Made by a program: the position numbers and the translations under genes
Notes under the pieces: generated by a model
The model's database searches: none
The model's input: the letters and a program-made list of their open reading frames with translations, nothing else
What the model was told of the DNA's origin: nothing
DNA from: Vermamoeba vermiformis
Taxonomy: Eukaryota
Assembly (NCBI GenBank): GCA_045837725.1
Contig: JBEWZL010000179.1
Span: forward strand, 186,001 to 250,000
Reading direction: 5' to 3'
Length of the DNA: 64,000 nt
Part shown: positions 1 through 13,750 of the stretch, piece after piece
How the letters are laid out: every line of letters begins with the position of its first letter
How positions within the stretch are numbered: position 1 is the stretch's first letter

Positions 1-259
1 CACAGTCACTGTAAAATTATTTAATGTAATATATGCTCCCATGCTGGTCATAATGTTGAAGAAGCAAAATTAAAGTCTCTCAAAAATTAAATTTTAGATC
101 TCGCTAACAGCGAGCTGAACTTCCATAAACCTATATTAAGCACTTAATATATTTACCCTCGGTATAGAATTCAAAGATATCAACTTATTTTAGTCTGAAA
201 ATGCCAAACTCCACTTAAATTTCGTTAGGTTATAATTCTAACGTTGCAATTTTTGCTAG

Positions 260-3200
260 GAATATAAAAAGCCAGCTGCCGACCTCTACCTATGTAACCC
301 TCCTATATTAGATGCCGTTGATGACCTTACGACCCTATCATTTTTGGTACGTATTTCAAACCAGATCTTGCAACTTTTTTAATTTTCAAAAATTAGCACG
401 AGCCTGGTGTGCTGCACAACCTTGAAACTCGATACCAAATGAACATGATTTACTCATTCTCAGGTATTTAATTAATTAAATAATATGACTCTTCACGATC
501 TAACCAATTTTAGGTCCAATTCTTATTGCTGTCAATCCCTATCAACGTCTGCCCTTATATGCCAATGAAATCATTGCAGCTTATTGCGGCCAACCGCTAG
601 GTACGAATAATTCATATTAACTGCGGGATTTGGTGTTGACACTCGTGTTTTGACAGGCAAATTGCAACCGCACATTTACGCCATTGCCGAGCAGTCATAT
701 CGTTCAATGTTAAGTGACGGCCAAAATCAATCTATTCTCGTATCTGGCGAGTCAGGTGCTGGTAAAACAGACTCGACAAAGGTAAGTCCAAATCATTTCA
801 TAGTTGATTTCAGCGGTCATTTTTGACACGTTGCCATCCAGTTTTTGTTGCAATACTTTGCAGCCATGAGTTCAAAGGACGCGACAGGCTCTATCGAGAA
901 GAAAGTGTTGGAATCAACGCCTGTGCTTGAAGCATTTGGTAACGCAAAGACATTGAAGAACGACAACTCGAGTCGATTTGGCAAGTTCATTGAAGTGCAG
1001 TTCAACGACAGAGGCTGTATTTGCGGTGCCAATCTGTCGACTTACTTGTTGGAGAAGTCACGTATTGTGCGTCAAGCAGAGGGTGAAAGAAATTATCACT
1101 TCTTTTACCAACTGTGCGCTGGTGCCTCACCTGAAGAACGACAACGCTTTTACTTGGAAGAACCAGGCTTCTATGAATTCTTGAACAAGAGCGGCTGTTA
1201 CGAAATTGAAGGTGTTGCTGATGACGAGTCATTCAGACGTACTCGTGTCGCTTTTGACATTTTGGGCATTACCAAAGACGAGCAAGAAAATATCTTTGCG
1301 ATCGTTTCTGCAGTACTTCGTCTCGGAAACGTCACGTAAGAATTCTGATTTATTTTGCACGAGAACAAATCTAACAAATATTTTAGCGTGGCACCCAACC
1401 CTAACAACAGTGACGAAGCTGTTATTGGCGATAAAGAGCACTTGGAAATTGCTTGCAAGCTCTTGGGCATTGATTTAGCCACGTGCGAGAAGACTTTCAC
1501 GGTCAGAAAAGTCGTGGCTCCCGGTGAAACTTACATTAAGCCCTTGTCTCCTGCTCAAGCAGAAAGTGCCAAGGACTCACTCGCCATGCTCATCTATTCG
1601 AAACTGTTTGATTGGCTCGTGGCTCGTATCAACAAGTCGATCAACAACAAGGCCGAGTCCAAGTCATTCATTGGCGTGCTTGACATTTACGGCTTTGAGT
1701 CGTTCGAAACAAACAGCTTTGAACAGTTCTGCATCAACTACGCCAATGAAAAGCTTCAGCAGCAATTCAACCAGGTACGATCCATTGGAATTTATTGTGT
1801 GCTAATTTGAATCTGACACGTGTCAAAACAGCACATTTTCAAAATTGAACAACAAGAATACACCAAAGAAAAGATTGACTGGTCGTACATTGAATTCAAA
1901 GATAACCAAGGATGTCTTGATTTGATTGAAAAGAAGCTCGGCATTATTGATCTCTTGGACGAAGAGTGTACTTTCCCTCGTGCCACTGACGACACATTTG
2001 TAAAGTAAGTCGAGCGTTTATTGACGAATCTTATCTAATATTATTACAGTAAACTCTACACTCATCATCTGAAGAACAAACAGTACTTCGAGAAGCCCAA
2101 GTTCGGCACTAACGGCTTCACAATCATGCACTACGCTGGCAAAGTGTCGTACAACTCCAAAGGTTTTCTTGACAAAAACAAGGACTTTATCATTCCCGAA
2201 CAAATGGCCATGATGCAAAGCAGCGCCGATCAGTTCGTGAAGAAGATGTTCTCGCCCCCTCCAAGCTCTGGTGGCTTGTTGAAGTCAGTCTCAAACCTCG
2301 TCAGCGGTAACAAGAGTGGCTCATCATTCAAACTGCTCTCTGTGGCCACACAGTTCAAAGAGTCCCTCGGCCAGCTCATGCAAACAATTTCAGCCACCAA
2401 CCCTCATTACATCCGGTGCATCAAGCCCAACACTTTGAAGCAGCCAATGTGCTTTGAAAGGATGATGGTCTTGCACCAACTTCGCTGCGGTGGTGTGCTC
2501 GAGACCATTCGAATTTGTCGCGCTGGTTTCCCTTCACGTCGTCAATACAACTCGTTCTTCAATCGCTACAAGTTGCTCATGTTGCCCACACCGTTCCCTA
2601 ATCCCACGACCGATGTGGCCTTCAAGAACGCAACAGAAACCCTACTCAAGTAAGAATAATTACTAGAAAACATCCAGAATTAACGAGTATTTGCTTAGGC
2701 ACTTGAACTTGGACCCCAAGACCTATCAACTTGGTCTGACGAAGATCTTCATGAAGGCAGGCATTATTGGTCTGTTAGAAGATCGTCGTACAGTCAAGAT
2801 GGGCAATGCCGCCACTGCCATGCAAAAACACATTCGCAGAATCTACGCAGAGCGCGCCTATGCCATTCAAAAGAAGGCAGTTTTGCGATTCCAAGCTGTG
2901 TTTCGTATGTGCCAGTGCCTCAAGATGGGCGAGTACTTGCGCAGAGAACGTGCCTCAGCCAAGTTACAGATTTATGTGCGCACCTACAATGCCCGCAAAC
3001 AGTACCTCGAAGACCGTCGTGACGTCATCACCTTGCAAAAACGTAAGTTATCTTCTAAAATAATCATAGTTGCTAATTGACCTGCTCAGACATTCGTGGT
3101 CACTTGGCACGCGTGTCATTCCGCGATTCATTGCAACACATTGCAGCCACCAAGATCCAAAAGTTCCTTCGTGCCAAGATGGAGCGCGACAGATTCAACG

Positions 3201-5727
3201 CTCTCAAGCGCATTGCAATTTGGTCGCAAACAAAATGGCGTGCTAAAGTTGCAAGGTAATTAGTGGCTTTTATTGACAGTAAAATAAGCAATATATGATA
3301 ACCTTTTGTGATATTAGAAAGGAGCTCCGCGCCTTGAAGATGGAAGCCAAGAGCTTGAACACAGTGATGAAACAAAAGAAAGAAATCGAAGAAAAATGGG
3401 AACAATTGGAGTGGCGTTATGCTGCTGAGATTAAACTCCGTGAACGACTTGAGAAACAAAAGCACACATTGGAGGATGATTTGAACAAAAAGAATAGCGT
3501 ATGTCGATTATGTATTCAACATTAGTACTCCTAACTAACTTGATCTGATCAGATGGTGGATAAATTGACCTCAACCACCAAACAGCTCGAAGAACAATTG
3601 CAGAGCTGGAAGAACAAGTTCAGCGACAAAGAGAAGGACATTAACACGTTGAAGGACAAGTTCCACGCGTTAGAAGGTGAATTGCAGGCCATGAAACACG
3701 ACAAAGACGAGCTGAAACAAGAAGTCAAGCAATTGAACAAAGACAACAGAGACCAAGATGACTTGATTCGGTCATTGCGCGAGAGAATTAAAGACCTGGA
3801 AGACGAGAATGCTGAGCTCAAGAACAGCCGTGACTCGCTGAAAGATGAGTTGGTGGAGTTTTCCAAGGCCAAACAAGTCATCGAAGACATGAAAAATGAA
3901 CTCGAAGCCATGCATGATGACCGCAAACGTCTCGAAGACGAAAACAATGCGCTCAACACCAAGCTGCTCGAAGCTGTCAAACAACGAGCAGCACAACAAG
4001 AGACCGCTGTTCAACCTCTCACACCTCGCTCTCGTCGCGGTGAAACACCTGAACTTGCTGCGTTGAGGCGACAATTAGCCGCTGAGACAGCACTGCGTCA
4101 CACGGCTGAAAAAGAATTGGCATTGTTCCGCTCTGCAAACCTCGATTTGCACAATGAAATTGCGCACTCGATTGCCTTGCATCAGAGCGAAGAAGAGATC
4201 ATTTACAACGCCATGTTGCCCATCACAACGTCAGGCGAAGTGCCGCGCAGTCTGATCGATCGATTGTTGCTCGACTACTTCGACAGCGCTGCTATCCCTG
4301 CATCGACCTCGAGCGGCAATCTGACCAGTCCCACCAAGGGTTCGCCTGCAACAAATACCTTGCCAACACTGGAAAGATTTGTCAATGGTCTGCCCACCCC
4401 TGGATTCGTCGTGTAAGTCCAAGTTGAATCTGTCGTCAGTAACAACACCAGTTCTAATCTGTGCCATTATTAGCTTCCGATTTTTGCTCCTTTGGAACGC
4501 ACTTTACAACGCCGAAGAATCAGCCCACAAGAAGCTGCTCACTTACTTGCCCCAAGTCATTCGCGCCATGGCTAACGTAAGTCCAACAAACATCTTTGAT
4601 CAATTCAAACTAACCTGGCCGTCATTAGAATGTCACTGAAGACAACACCAGTCTAGTGTACTGGTTGTCCAATCTGACACTGCTCTATCACTTGACGCGC
4701 AATGTAGTTGGTGCGCCACGCATTGAAGTGGTTGCGACACCTTTGTGGGAAGACAGTAAAAAGCCCAAACAATCACAGTAAGCCTTTCAATTCCAATTCT
4801 TCTAGGGTCCTTATTAACGAACTCTGTAGGAGCTCAAAGAACTTGAAGGAGCCTCACGCTGCTGACAAGTTCCGCGATGAAATTCAACACTTGCTGGTGC
4901 GCATTTACACCGTGCTGCTGGAGAATGTCATCACAAAGATCAAGCCCATTGTCTTGGAAAAGTTGTTGAAGCGAGCTCCTGCACCCACCAGTCCTCAATT
5001 GATTGGCAAGCGTGATGCCTCGTTGAAAGATCTCGTGATTTATTTGCGCGACATGCACAATCTGTTCCAACAACACATGGTCTGCCCTCAAGTCACGCAA
5101 CAGTTCTTCACTCAAGTGCTGCAGTTTATCTACGCCAATGTGTTCAACGAGATTATCATGCGCAGTGACTTGTGTAACTTCAACAAAGCATTGGAAATCA
5201 AGATGGACTTGACGCTGCTCGAGGAACGATTCTTCACTGGTCCGCACAAGATTGCCAGCACTCTATACAACGCAGAGCTCGTGCGTCAAGTCGTTAGTGT
5301 CATTTTGATGAGCGAGAAAGCTATTTTGAATGGCGCTGAGACACGCAAAACAGTCTGCCCAGACCTGACTTTGGTGCAGTTGAAACAATTGTTGTCGACC
5401 TTCAATCTCAACACTGACGGCAATGAAGAGGAGACTGTGCCGGTGTCAACATTGACAGCACTCGTGCGCGATCCTGCCTACGACTTGGAGAACTCGCAGC
5501 TGTTGATCGACACAGCTACTGTCCAGCCCCTCAACCTCGCTGAGTTGTACCCATTCGATCTCACCGAGTTCAAGACGATGATCTTCCCGCGCACTGTGTT
5601 CGAACGATTTTTGATCCTTGCCTCGCCATTGAAGAGCAAACATGACAAGCAAACTGAAAAGGCGCAAAAAGCTTATTTCAAGACACTGCTATCAAATTCT
5701 AGTCCTTTGAAAGACAAGATCAAATAA
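260..5727 (+). CDS. Class V/XI-type unconventional myosin (motor, IQ motifs, coiled coil, DIL/globular tail); multi-exon, 5' end not resolved
   Basis: Spliced exons give [19 protein letters not shown]-loop [52 protein letters not shown] and [12 protein letters not shown] repeats at ~2800-3260, coiled coil at ~3300-4000 and a DIL-like tail ([20 protein letters not shown]); stop at 5727. Confidence 0.93.
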
Positions 5728-5806
5728 AGCACTGACATGCGCATTGTATTTTTTAATTCGATTTTCGCAATTGTTTTATTTTAGTTATTAATGCACAATG
5801 TGGCTG

Positions 5807-8290
5807 TTAGAAGCGACCTCCGCGACCACCACGGCCACCACGACCGCCACCAAATCCTCCGCGACCACCGCGGCCACCGAAGCCTCCACGTGATCCACCG
5901 TAACCACCGCCGAAACCACCTCGACCACCACGGCCACCGAAGCCTCCGCGACCACCACGACCGCCGAAACCGCCACCAAAACCTCCACGTCCTTCGTCTT
6001 TTTCAACGAGTTCGGGCAAAGCGTCGGCAACGCTGAAAGTGTATTTGCGGAATTGATGGTGCGCATGCTCTTCTTCGCTTTGCATTTCGAGCAATTGATT
6101 GGCCAATTCATCGGGAACATCGACGACAGCACCGCCTTCAGTGGTCAAGCGAATGTCTCGAATGCCAAGTGTCTTGGCACTGTCGAAATCTTTATCAAAA
6201 ATGCTGCCAATAATGCGGATGATGAAGGAAGTAGATTGAATTTGATGTTGTTCTTGTGTGGGCTCGACGCGCAGAGTAGTGAGACCTTCTTGACTGGTCA
6301 ACAGGGAGCGAGACTTGACGGCGTCTTTAATGCCTGCAACGAATGCCAGAGCTGCAGCAACAGCTTGTTCAGCGCCAAAAGTGTCAATGAATGATGTGGC
6401 GTATTGTTTGAACGATTCAATAATCGTAGGGTCCACTGATTCGAGCTTCTCAATTGACTTTTGAGCAGACACTTTGAAGATGTCAGTGGCTTGAGGACGA
6501 CCGATGCGTGTGAATTTGAAGCCAGCCTTTTGTTCGATGAACTTCAGTCTGAAGGCTGTGCGTTGAGTGTAGAACATAATTGAAGTGCCCAATTTGCCCG
6601 CACGACCAGTACGGCCAGAGCGGTGAATGTAGGTCTCGAGTTCTGTGGGAGGTTGCATTTGAATGACCAAATCGACGCCCGGAATATCCAAACCACGAGC
6701 AGCAACGTCAGTGGCGACGAGGACGGAGAACTTCTTGTCGCGGAATGATTGCAAAGTGACTTCACGTTGAGGCTGAGCAATGTCACCGTGCAAGACTTGA
6801 GCCAAGCTAGCCAAATAAGACGAGAGACCGAGCTCGTTGCACTCTTGTTTAGTCTCGCAGAAAATAATTGTGGATTTGCCTTGACCGTAGACCTTGATGA
6901 TGTCACCCACAGTGCCGACACGAGCAGACATGGGCACTTCAATGGCCAAATGTTTCACGGTCTCAGCGGTCTTGACGCGTTCTTTGCCGACCAAATCGAT
7001 GACTTGGTGGTCGGGTGACAAGTGTGTTCTAGCGACGTTTTTGACCCAATCGGGAATGGTAGCTGAATAGAGCAAAGTCTGGTGCTTCTTGTCCTTGGGG
7101 ATGGCGTCGAGAATGCGCTCAATGTCCTCTTTGAAACCAATGTTCAACATCTCGTCAGCCTCGTCGAGAATAACGAATTCAATGTTGTTCAGCTTCAAAT
7201 TGCCACGCTCCAAGTGGTCAATAATACGACCAGGAGTGCCAACTACAATGTCGAGACCGCGGGCCATAGCATTCTCTTGCGGGGCATAGTCCACACCTCC
7301 GTAAATGCACAACGTCTCCATGCCACGAGCAATCATTTTGAATTGGTCGTGCACTTGACGCGCTAACTCACGAGTAGGAGCCATGACAATGACTTTAGGG
7401 CCACGTCCTCGTGTTTTGGTGGCGGGATTGAAAGTTACTAACAACTTTTCAACCACTGGCAAAGCGAAGGATAATGTCTGGATTATATTTAGATACTGCA
7501 TTCAGTATAACGAACGATTAATTAATTACCTTGCCGGTACCAGTACGAGCACGACCAATAATATCATTGCCATCATAAACGACGTCAAAAGACTTGGATT
7601 GGATGGGGAACAAGCGTTCGAAACCGTTTTCTTTCAAGATTGCAACTGTTTCAGGCGAGACACGGAACTCGCTGATAAGAGGCAGGTCTTCCAAATTTAC
7701 TGTAAAATAACATTAATTAATTTTTAACCTCGATCGCGATCCAGTTTTTAACAACATACCAGCTACGTCTTCTTCCTTCTTGACTGATTTTTTCTCGATT
7801 TTTTTCTCTTCTTTTGGTGCGGGTGCTGCAGCATGACCGTTGGTTTTCGGTTCATCCTCTTCCATCTGATCTTCGTCCTTTTTCTTCTTGTCCTTTTTGT
7901 CCTTCTTATCCTTTTTGTCTTTCTTATCTTTCTTATCTTTTTTGCTCTTCTCCTTGGGCTTGTCGCTGGATTCGTCCGACTGTAGATCACATTAGCAAAT
8001 CAAGACAATTCATAATAATAAACGTACCATATCTGCATCATCGTCAGATGCTTCAACTTTAGGCTTTTTTCTTTCAGGTCTGAATAAAATTAAAATTAGG
8101 AGATCAGATTCGAATCCAGATCGCAGTTAAATTTAATCGTCAGAACACCATAAAAGAATTTGGATAGTAAAATACGAACAATATTATGGGTTTTTTGCTA
8201 TTTATTGTTCACTTACTCCTCGTGATCTCCGTTCAGATCCTCGGGTCTAAATCTCTTTTTAGTTAACTCGCGCAAGGCAGACTTGGACAT
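5807..8290 (-). CDS. DDX21: DEAD-box RNA helicase, DDX21/DDX50-like, with Lys-rich N-terminus, GUCT-like domain and RGG tail
   Basis: ATG at 8290 (MSKSALRELTKKRF). Motifs GRARTGTGKT, APTRELA, DEADEML, SAT, HGDIAQ, ATDVAARGLD and HRSGRTGRAG; C-terminal GGRGGRGGF repeats. Confidence 0.9.
5810..5995 (-). repeat. Coding low-complexity RGG/GGFG repeat (helicase tail)
   Basis: Tandem GGFGGRGGRGG units in the translated tail. Confidence 0.85.
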
Positions 8291-8440
8291 CGTGTGTTCT
8301 TTTTCTTTTTGTTGAAGACGGCTTTATGGGTAACTAGTGTTGTGGACGTGAATACGCGATCAACAACGGAATGACCAAAACTCTGTGTCGTGTAAAATTT
8401 ATGGTATTTTTTCGCTTCGCAAAATTGATTCGTTTTCTAT

Positions 8441-11400
8441 TTACACTTTTTCGATCATTTCAAACACGAGATCACCAGCAGAGACGCTATCTCCTTTGGC
8501 AACCTTCAGGGCAGAGATCTTTCCGGTGAACGGCGCTGTGATGGTGACTTCGAGCTTCATGGCGCTGAGAACGATAACTGGAGTGCCCTTTTCGACTGCT
8601 TGACCAGCCGACACTTTAATATCGACAATTGAGCCGGGCAACGGAGCACCAACGTCGCCACGCTTGTTGGGATCAGCACGAGGTCGTTTGACTTCTTCGA
8701 CTGCTGTCTTGATAGGACCAGCAGAGCGTAAAATGAATGGCAGTAACTGAGGTGCAGCTGCCTTGACGTTGATGACGTGTTGTTGACCATTGAGATCGAA
8801 GGTCACGGGGAAAACACCGTCTTGAGCAGTGTTGCTGACTGAGACCGACTTGGCGGTGAACTGTTGACCCATTTCTTCGAATGTGACTGACTCGCCTATG
8901 CTCAGTGGCGCCAAGAAAGGACGAGTTGGCAGATTGGTGACATTTCCAAACTTCACTTGGTGCTCCATGTACTCCTCGAACACCTTCGGGTACTGCACGT
9001 AACTCATTACATCGACGTCGCGCATCTTACGACCCCATTTGGATTCAAGTTGCTGCTTGCACTTTTCAAAGTCAAGGGGCTTCATATCAGCACCAGGACG
9101 ACCTTGCACGCGTGGTTTATCCTTCAACACGCGGGAACGGAAAGGCTCGGGGAACCCGCCGTGAGGTTGACCCAAGTAACCTTGCAAGTATTCAATAACA
9201 GAGCTGGGGAAGTTGAGCTCTTCAGCCTTGTCCAATGTAGCCTGCTTGTTGAGCTTGTTGGCGACCATAAATGATGCCAAGTCACCGACAACTTTGCTGC
9301 TCGGTGTGACCTTGACGATGTTTCCAAGTATTTCGTTGGCTTCAGCGTAAGCTTGTTTGATTTGTTCCCATTCTTCAGCCAGACCCATAGAAATGGCTTG
9401 GAAGTACAAGTTGGTGTACTGGCCTCCAGGAATTTCGTTGATGTACACGTCAGCACCAGCGCTCTTTTGACCGGATTCGAAAGGAGAATACAATCGGCGA
9501 GTGCCCTCCCAGTAAGTAGTGAGCGGCAACAAGTTCTCGAGCTTAACGCCAGTGTCCTTGTTGGAATTAGCCAGGTCATGAATAATGGCACCCATAGCCG
9601 GTTGAGCTGTCAATCCACTCAACGCATCGTTGCAGCAATCCACGGCATTAGCTCCTGCGTTCACGCAAGCCAACATCGAGGCAACACCAGTTCCGGCAGT
9701 GTCATGAGTATGTACATGAATAGGAATATCCGGGAACTCCTTTCGCAGAGCTGAAATAAGGAGGGTCGCAGCTGTTGGTTTCAATAGACCAGCCATGTCT
9801 TTGATGCACAAAACATGCACACCAAGTTTGACAAGATCTCGTGCCATGTTCAAATAATACTCCAGGTCGTACTTGGTCTTGACCGGGCTGAGAATATCAC
9901 CAGTATAGCAAATAGCAGCTTCGATAATACCACCGGCTTGACCAACGGCATCAATACCAAGTTTCATGTTCTCGATGTAATTGAGCGAATCGAAGATGCG
10001 GAAGACGTCCATGCCCGTGTCTTTAGCTTGCTTGCAGAACTTGTAAATCACATTGTCGGGATACGCAGTGTAGCCCACAGCGTTGGCGCCACGGAAAAGC
10101 ATTTGGAAGGGAATGTTGGGAACGAGCTCACGCAACTCGGCAAGACGATCCCAAGGACATTCGTGCAAGAAGCGCAACGCGACGTCGAAGGTGGCACCAC
10201 CCCAGTTCTCAATGCTGTAGCAGTTGGCCAATGCGTGAGAAGTCGCGCGAGCAATGTTCTTCATGTCGATTGTGCGCATACGTGTCATCAACAATGATTG
10301 ATGTGCGTCACGCCAAGTCGTGTCCGTGAGCAGTGCGCCCTTGTGATTCCTCACTGCCTTGACGAAACCAGCTGCACCCTCCTTGTCAAAGATTTGCTTG
10401 AGACCTGGCGGTGGAGGCTGAGACGAGAATACACTGCCTGAGGGATATTCTGGCGATGCCTTGGGCAACTTAGGATTTGACTTGCTTGGAGCAGGTCCAA
10501 CAGCGCCAGGGTGCTTGGGACCGTTGACAGCCATCTCAGCCAAATACTTCGTGATCTTCAGCGCTTCTTCTGTCGCGCGTTGGGTCTGATTTGTACGTTC
10601 ACGTTCGAGTTTCAATTGGATGTCTTGAGCTTTCTTCTGCTTGGCTCTGAACTCCTGCGTCTCCTTTTCAATAGACTTTAGGAATTGGTTGTACTTCTTA
10701 ACGTCCAACACCTCTTCTTTGAAGTCCAACTTCATTTTGCCGCTGGTGAAGTCTGGGCGTTGACGCTCAAGCTCCTCCTCACTAACCTTCTTGAAACGAA
10801 TTTGATCGAACATGTCAAAGAGCCAAGGTTTTTCGGGGCTGAAGTTAGGCAAGTTACCAGCATTGTTCCAAATCGGCAGCGTACGGCCAACCAATTGATA
10901 TCCTCCAGGAGATTCCATCGAGTAGATGCACATATATTGTCCACCAATACCAACAGCTCCTTCGGGTGTGAATGTTCGGGCTGGATTGTATTTGGGAACA
11001 ACCAATCTGTGTCGAGGATCCAATGGCACTGCACAGGGAGCACCTAAGTAGACGTCTCCAAGACCCAACACCAAGTAACTAGCGTTCAGAACGATGTTTT
11101 CTACATCTTTAGGACCATCAAGTCCGTTGTTCTTCGCTATGAAGTCAACGTTCTCGGGCAAATAGAGAGCTTCCGAACGAATGCTTTTCATGTATCTGTC
11201 GATGGCCTGTCTGTTCCACTTGTCTTGGAATGCAAGAGGAAGAGTGAAAACACGGCTCTTGAGCTTTACGTCGTCTGACTTTGGTAATTCGTCTTCAGCA
11301 GTTGTCAAAATATTCATCAAATCGTTCAACGGTAGTTTTCTGTTATCGTAGTAGATCAGCATGTTACGCACACCGGGGATCGTGTCAATCAGGCCAGTTA

Positions 11401-12959
11401 TTTTCTTCTTGCGGAGGTACTCTTCCAAGAAGTGAATACGAACACGAGTATTAATGTCCAGAACCAGCTCGCCATATTCTACCAAAACATATCTATCACC
11501 AGCAATGCGGTACTCGACCTTGGGACGAGTGGCTGTTGCTTCCATTCGCGTTATTAGAGCGCGATCCCCGTGCTTATTCTCTTTCGATACAGCCACACTC
11601 GGTGCGGAAGCTTTCTTTTCTGATTGAAGCTGAAGAGATGCGATTGAATCGTCAACAGCCTTGCGAGCAGCTAGAGCTTGGTCCATATTTACGCGACGGA
11701 ATTTAATTTTATCGCCGGGCTTGACTTGACCAATCTTCCACATTTGATACGAAGGGATTGTGATAGGACAAACAAAACCGCCTAAACTAGGGCCATCGAC
11801 GGTCAAAAGTACGGGATGATCACCAGTAAAGTTAATCGCACCAATGGCGTAGGGGCTATCGTTGATGTTAGAAGGGTGACTACCTCCTTCACCGCCGTCA
11901 GGACGCGCGAACTTTGGCTTGGATCCATTTGATATTAGGCGCACCCCCAATCGACTGGCATTGTGTGTAACTTCGAAGGTAGAAGTGAACAAGCTAGCAA
12001 TGTCCTCGTTTGTAAAGTACTCTGGAGCCTCTTGCGGACCAAGCAGAACATCAACGTTCCATTCAGAAGTTATTGCTGGGACTAGAGACTTCGGAAGTGT
12101 TCTTTCGGCAGCCTTTGAAGATGGTTTTCCGAAGTACAATTCGTCGTTTGCCTGCAACTGACGACCCTGTTCATTTGTGTTAGAGAAGTCACGATGCACG
12201 ATATTAGCTTAATCTTACATCTGCTCCACCAAACTTGCCCAAAGGGAAAGTTGCTTTGCTTCCCAAGTATTTTGGAACGTCTATACCGCCTGGAACAATT
12301 CATTAGTCAAATTTAAAATTGAGGTGGTACAAAAATGACGTACCAGCAATAGCAAGATAAGTGCGCGCACCGCATCCCTCTATCTTTCCGAGCTTCAATA
12401 CGCTTCCTTTTTTTACGGCCACTGAGGTCCACCAAGGAACAGGTTTACCATCCAAATCTGCCTGCATCTGAGCGCCAGTGATGGCGACGAAAGTATCCTG
12501 ATTGAATTGTATAGTAGGGCCTGTGAAGGATAACTCTAGAGCGGCAGCGCCCTCTTCATTGCCGACAAGCACGTTGGCGAGACGAAAAGAGTAGTCATCC
12601 ATCGGGCCAGATGGGGGTACACCAACTCGCCACAACCCTTCTCGACCAGGGAAATCTTGAATTAAAGAAAAAGTTCCAGGGCTGAGAATTTTTACGGAGT
12701 GATCCGGAAACGCTGGAGACCGCGGATGAACAACTGAATCCGGATTCACCTTTTGTGTTGAATAGCTCGTGTATTGCAAGGCATCTGATGCGCACATTCC
12801 ATTTGAGACTCCACAGGCGTGGAACAAAGCCTTCTTTCTCGCTTTTTCTCGTACACTTTTCTGGATGGACCATTGAAGTCCAGCCCTCAGTGAAGAGCTG
12901 CCCTTATTTAGTGAAAGGTATGTGCCAGGTACCCGAAGACACGCTCTCAGTCCTAGCAT
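8441..12959 (-). CDS. Fusion of urea-carboxylase carboxyltransferase (CT_A_B + CT_C_D), pyruvate-carboxylase carboxyltransferase and biotinyl domain; no biotin carboxylase domain; putative mitochondrial presequence
   Basis: Three exons (~12959-12344, 12289-12219, 12166-8441). UC motifs: QDFPGREGLWRVGVPPSGPMD, HPSNINDSPYAIGAINFTGD, GLGDVYLGAP, KYNPARTFTPEGAVGIGG. PC motifs: TDTTWRDAHQSL, WGGATFDVALRFL, IKDMAG, HVHTHDT, VKVTPSSKVVGD. Biotin-carrier motif SAMKLE. Confidence 0.9.
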
Positions 12960-13750
12960 GTTGTCCGTGTGAGTAAAATAAACGGTTACAAAAAAAAAAT
13001 GTTTATAAAAATCGCGTGCCTCGCTTCTCATTGGTCCGTTCAAATAAATTTGTTTAATTAAACACAATTTTATGTACCTACACATAAATCAATTGTTACT
13101 AGTAACATACCATGCTTCGTCCGTGCGTAGCAAGATCAGTGTAAAAAGTGCTCCTCTAACCTGGCCGAATTATGTGGGACTACAGTAGAGAGGCAAGCCA
13201 AAGGTGTTAACAATTCAACGCACGCTATTGACAGTATTAATAAGGTTCATGTAGCCGAAGCAACAGAAATTACCCTTATCTATTTCTCTCGGAAAGTAAA
13301 ACGAGTTATTTTTCATTAATTAACAAAAAATATATTAATGCGTAGTTAAACAACGATGTTATCTGTTTGTAATATCAATCCACTGTAATATGAAAGATTT
13401 CATTTATTTTGAATTTTCTTCATAATTATTTATAATACCTTTTTGCCGAAGAGGGTTACGTTTTTAGAGCATGGACGAGGAAAGTATTTGTTCGTGGTTA
13501 TGGCGGTAGAATACGAAGGTCTACAAAAACTGACAAACGTGTTTGATCTTTGGACACCTGTTGTGCATAATAGTATTTCGAGCGCTAGCCTTGTTGAGAC
13601 ATTGATTTAATTAAATTGTATCGCATTTATGTCACACTGAAGTCGAGTACACCACATGTATATCATCAACACTATATAAATAACACATATATCACAAAAC
13701 TAGGTTGCTCGAATTACAGATCTGACACTTTTTTGTTGCTAGTAACATCG

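Noticed and set aside
5791-6036. His/Arg-rich + strand ORF
   Set aside because: It is the antisense reading of the helicase RGG tail.
8540-8575. Biotinylation motif AMKL instead of AMKM as a sign of pseudogenisation
   Set aside because: The acceptor Lys and the surrounding fold motifs are intact, MKL variants occur in functional carriers, and the frame is uninterrupted.
8957-11047. Several + strand ORFs opposite the carboxyltransferase fusion; similar shadows occur over GDH, DDX21, the Furry-like gene and the HAMP array
   Set aside because: They have no motifs and are explained by codon bias on the sense strand.
12960-13750. Possible hidden biotin-carboxylase exons upstream of the UC/PC fusion
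   Set aside because: The region is AT-rich, only ~790 bp long, bounded by NDUFA12, and shows no ANRGEIA or HPGYGF-type motif.
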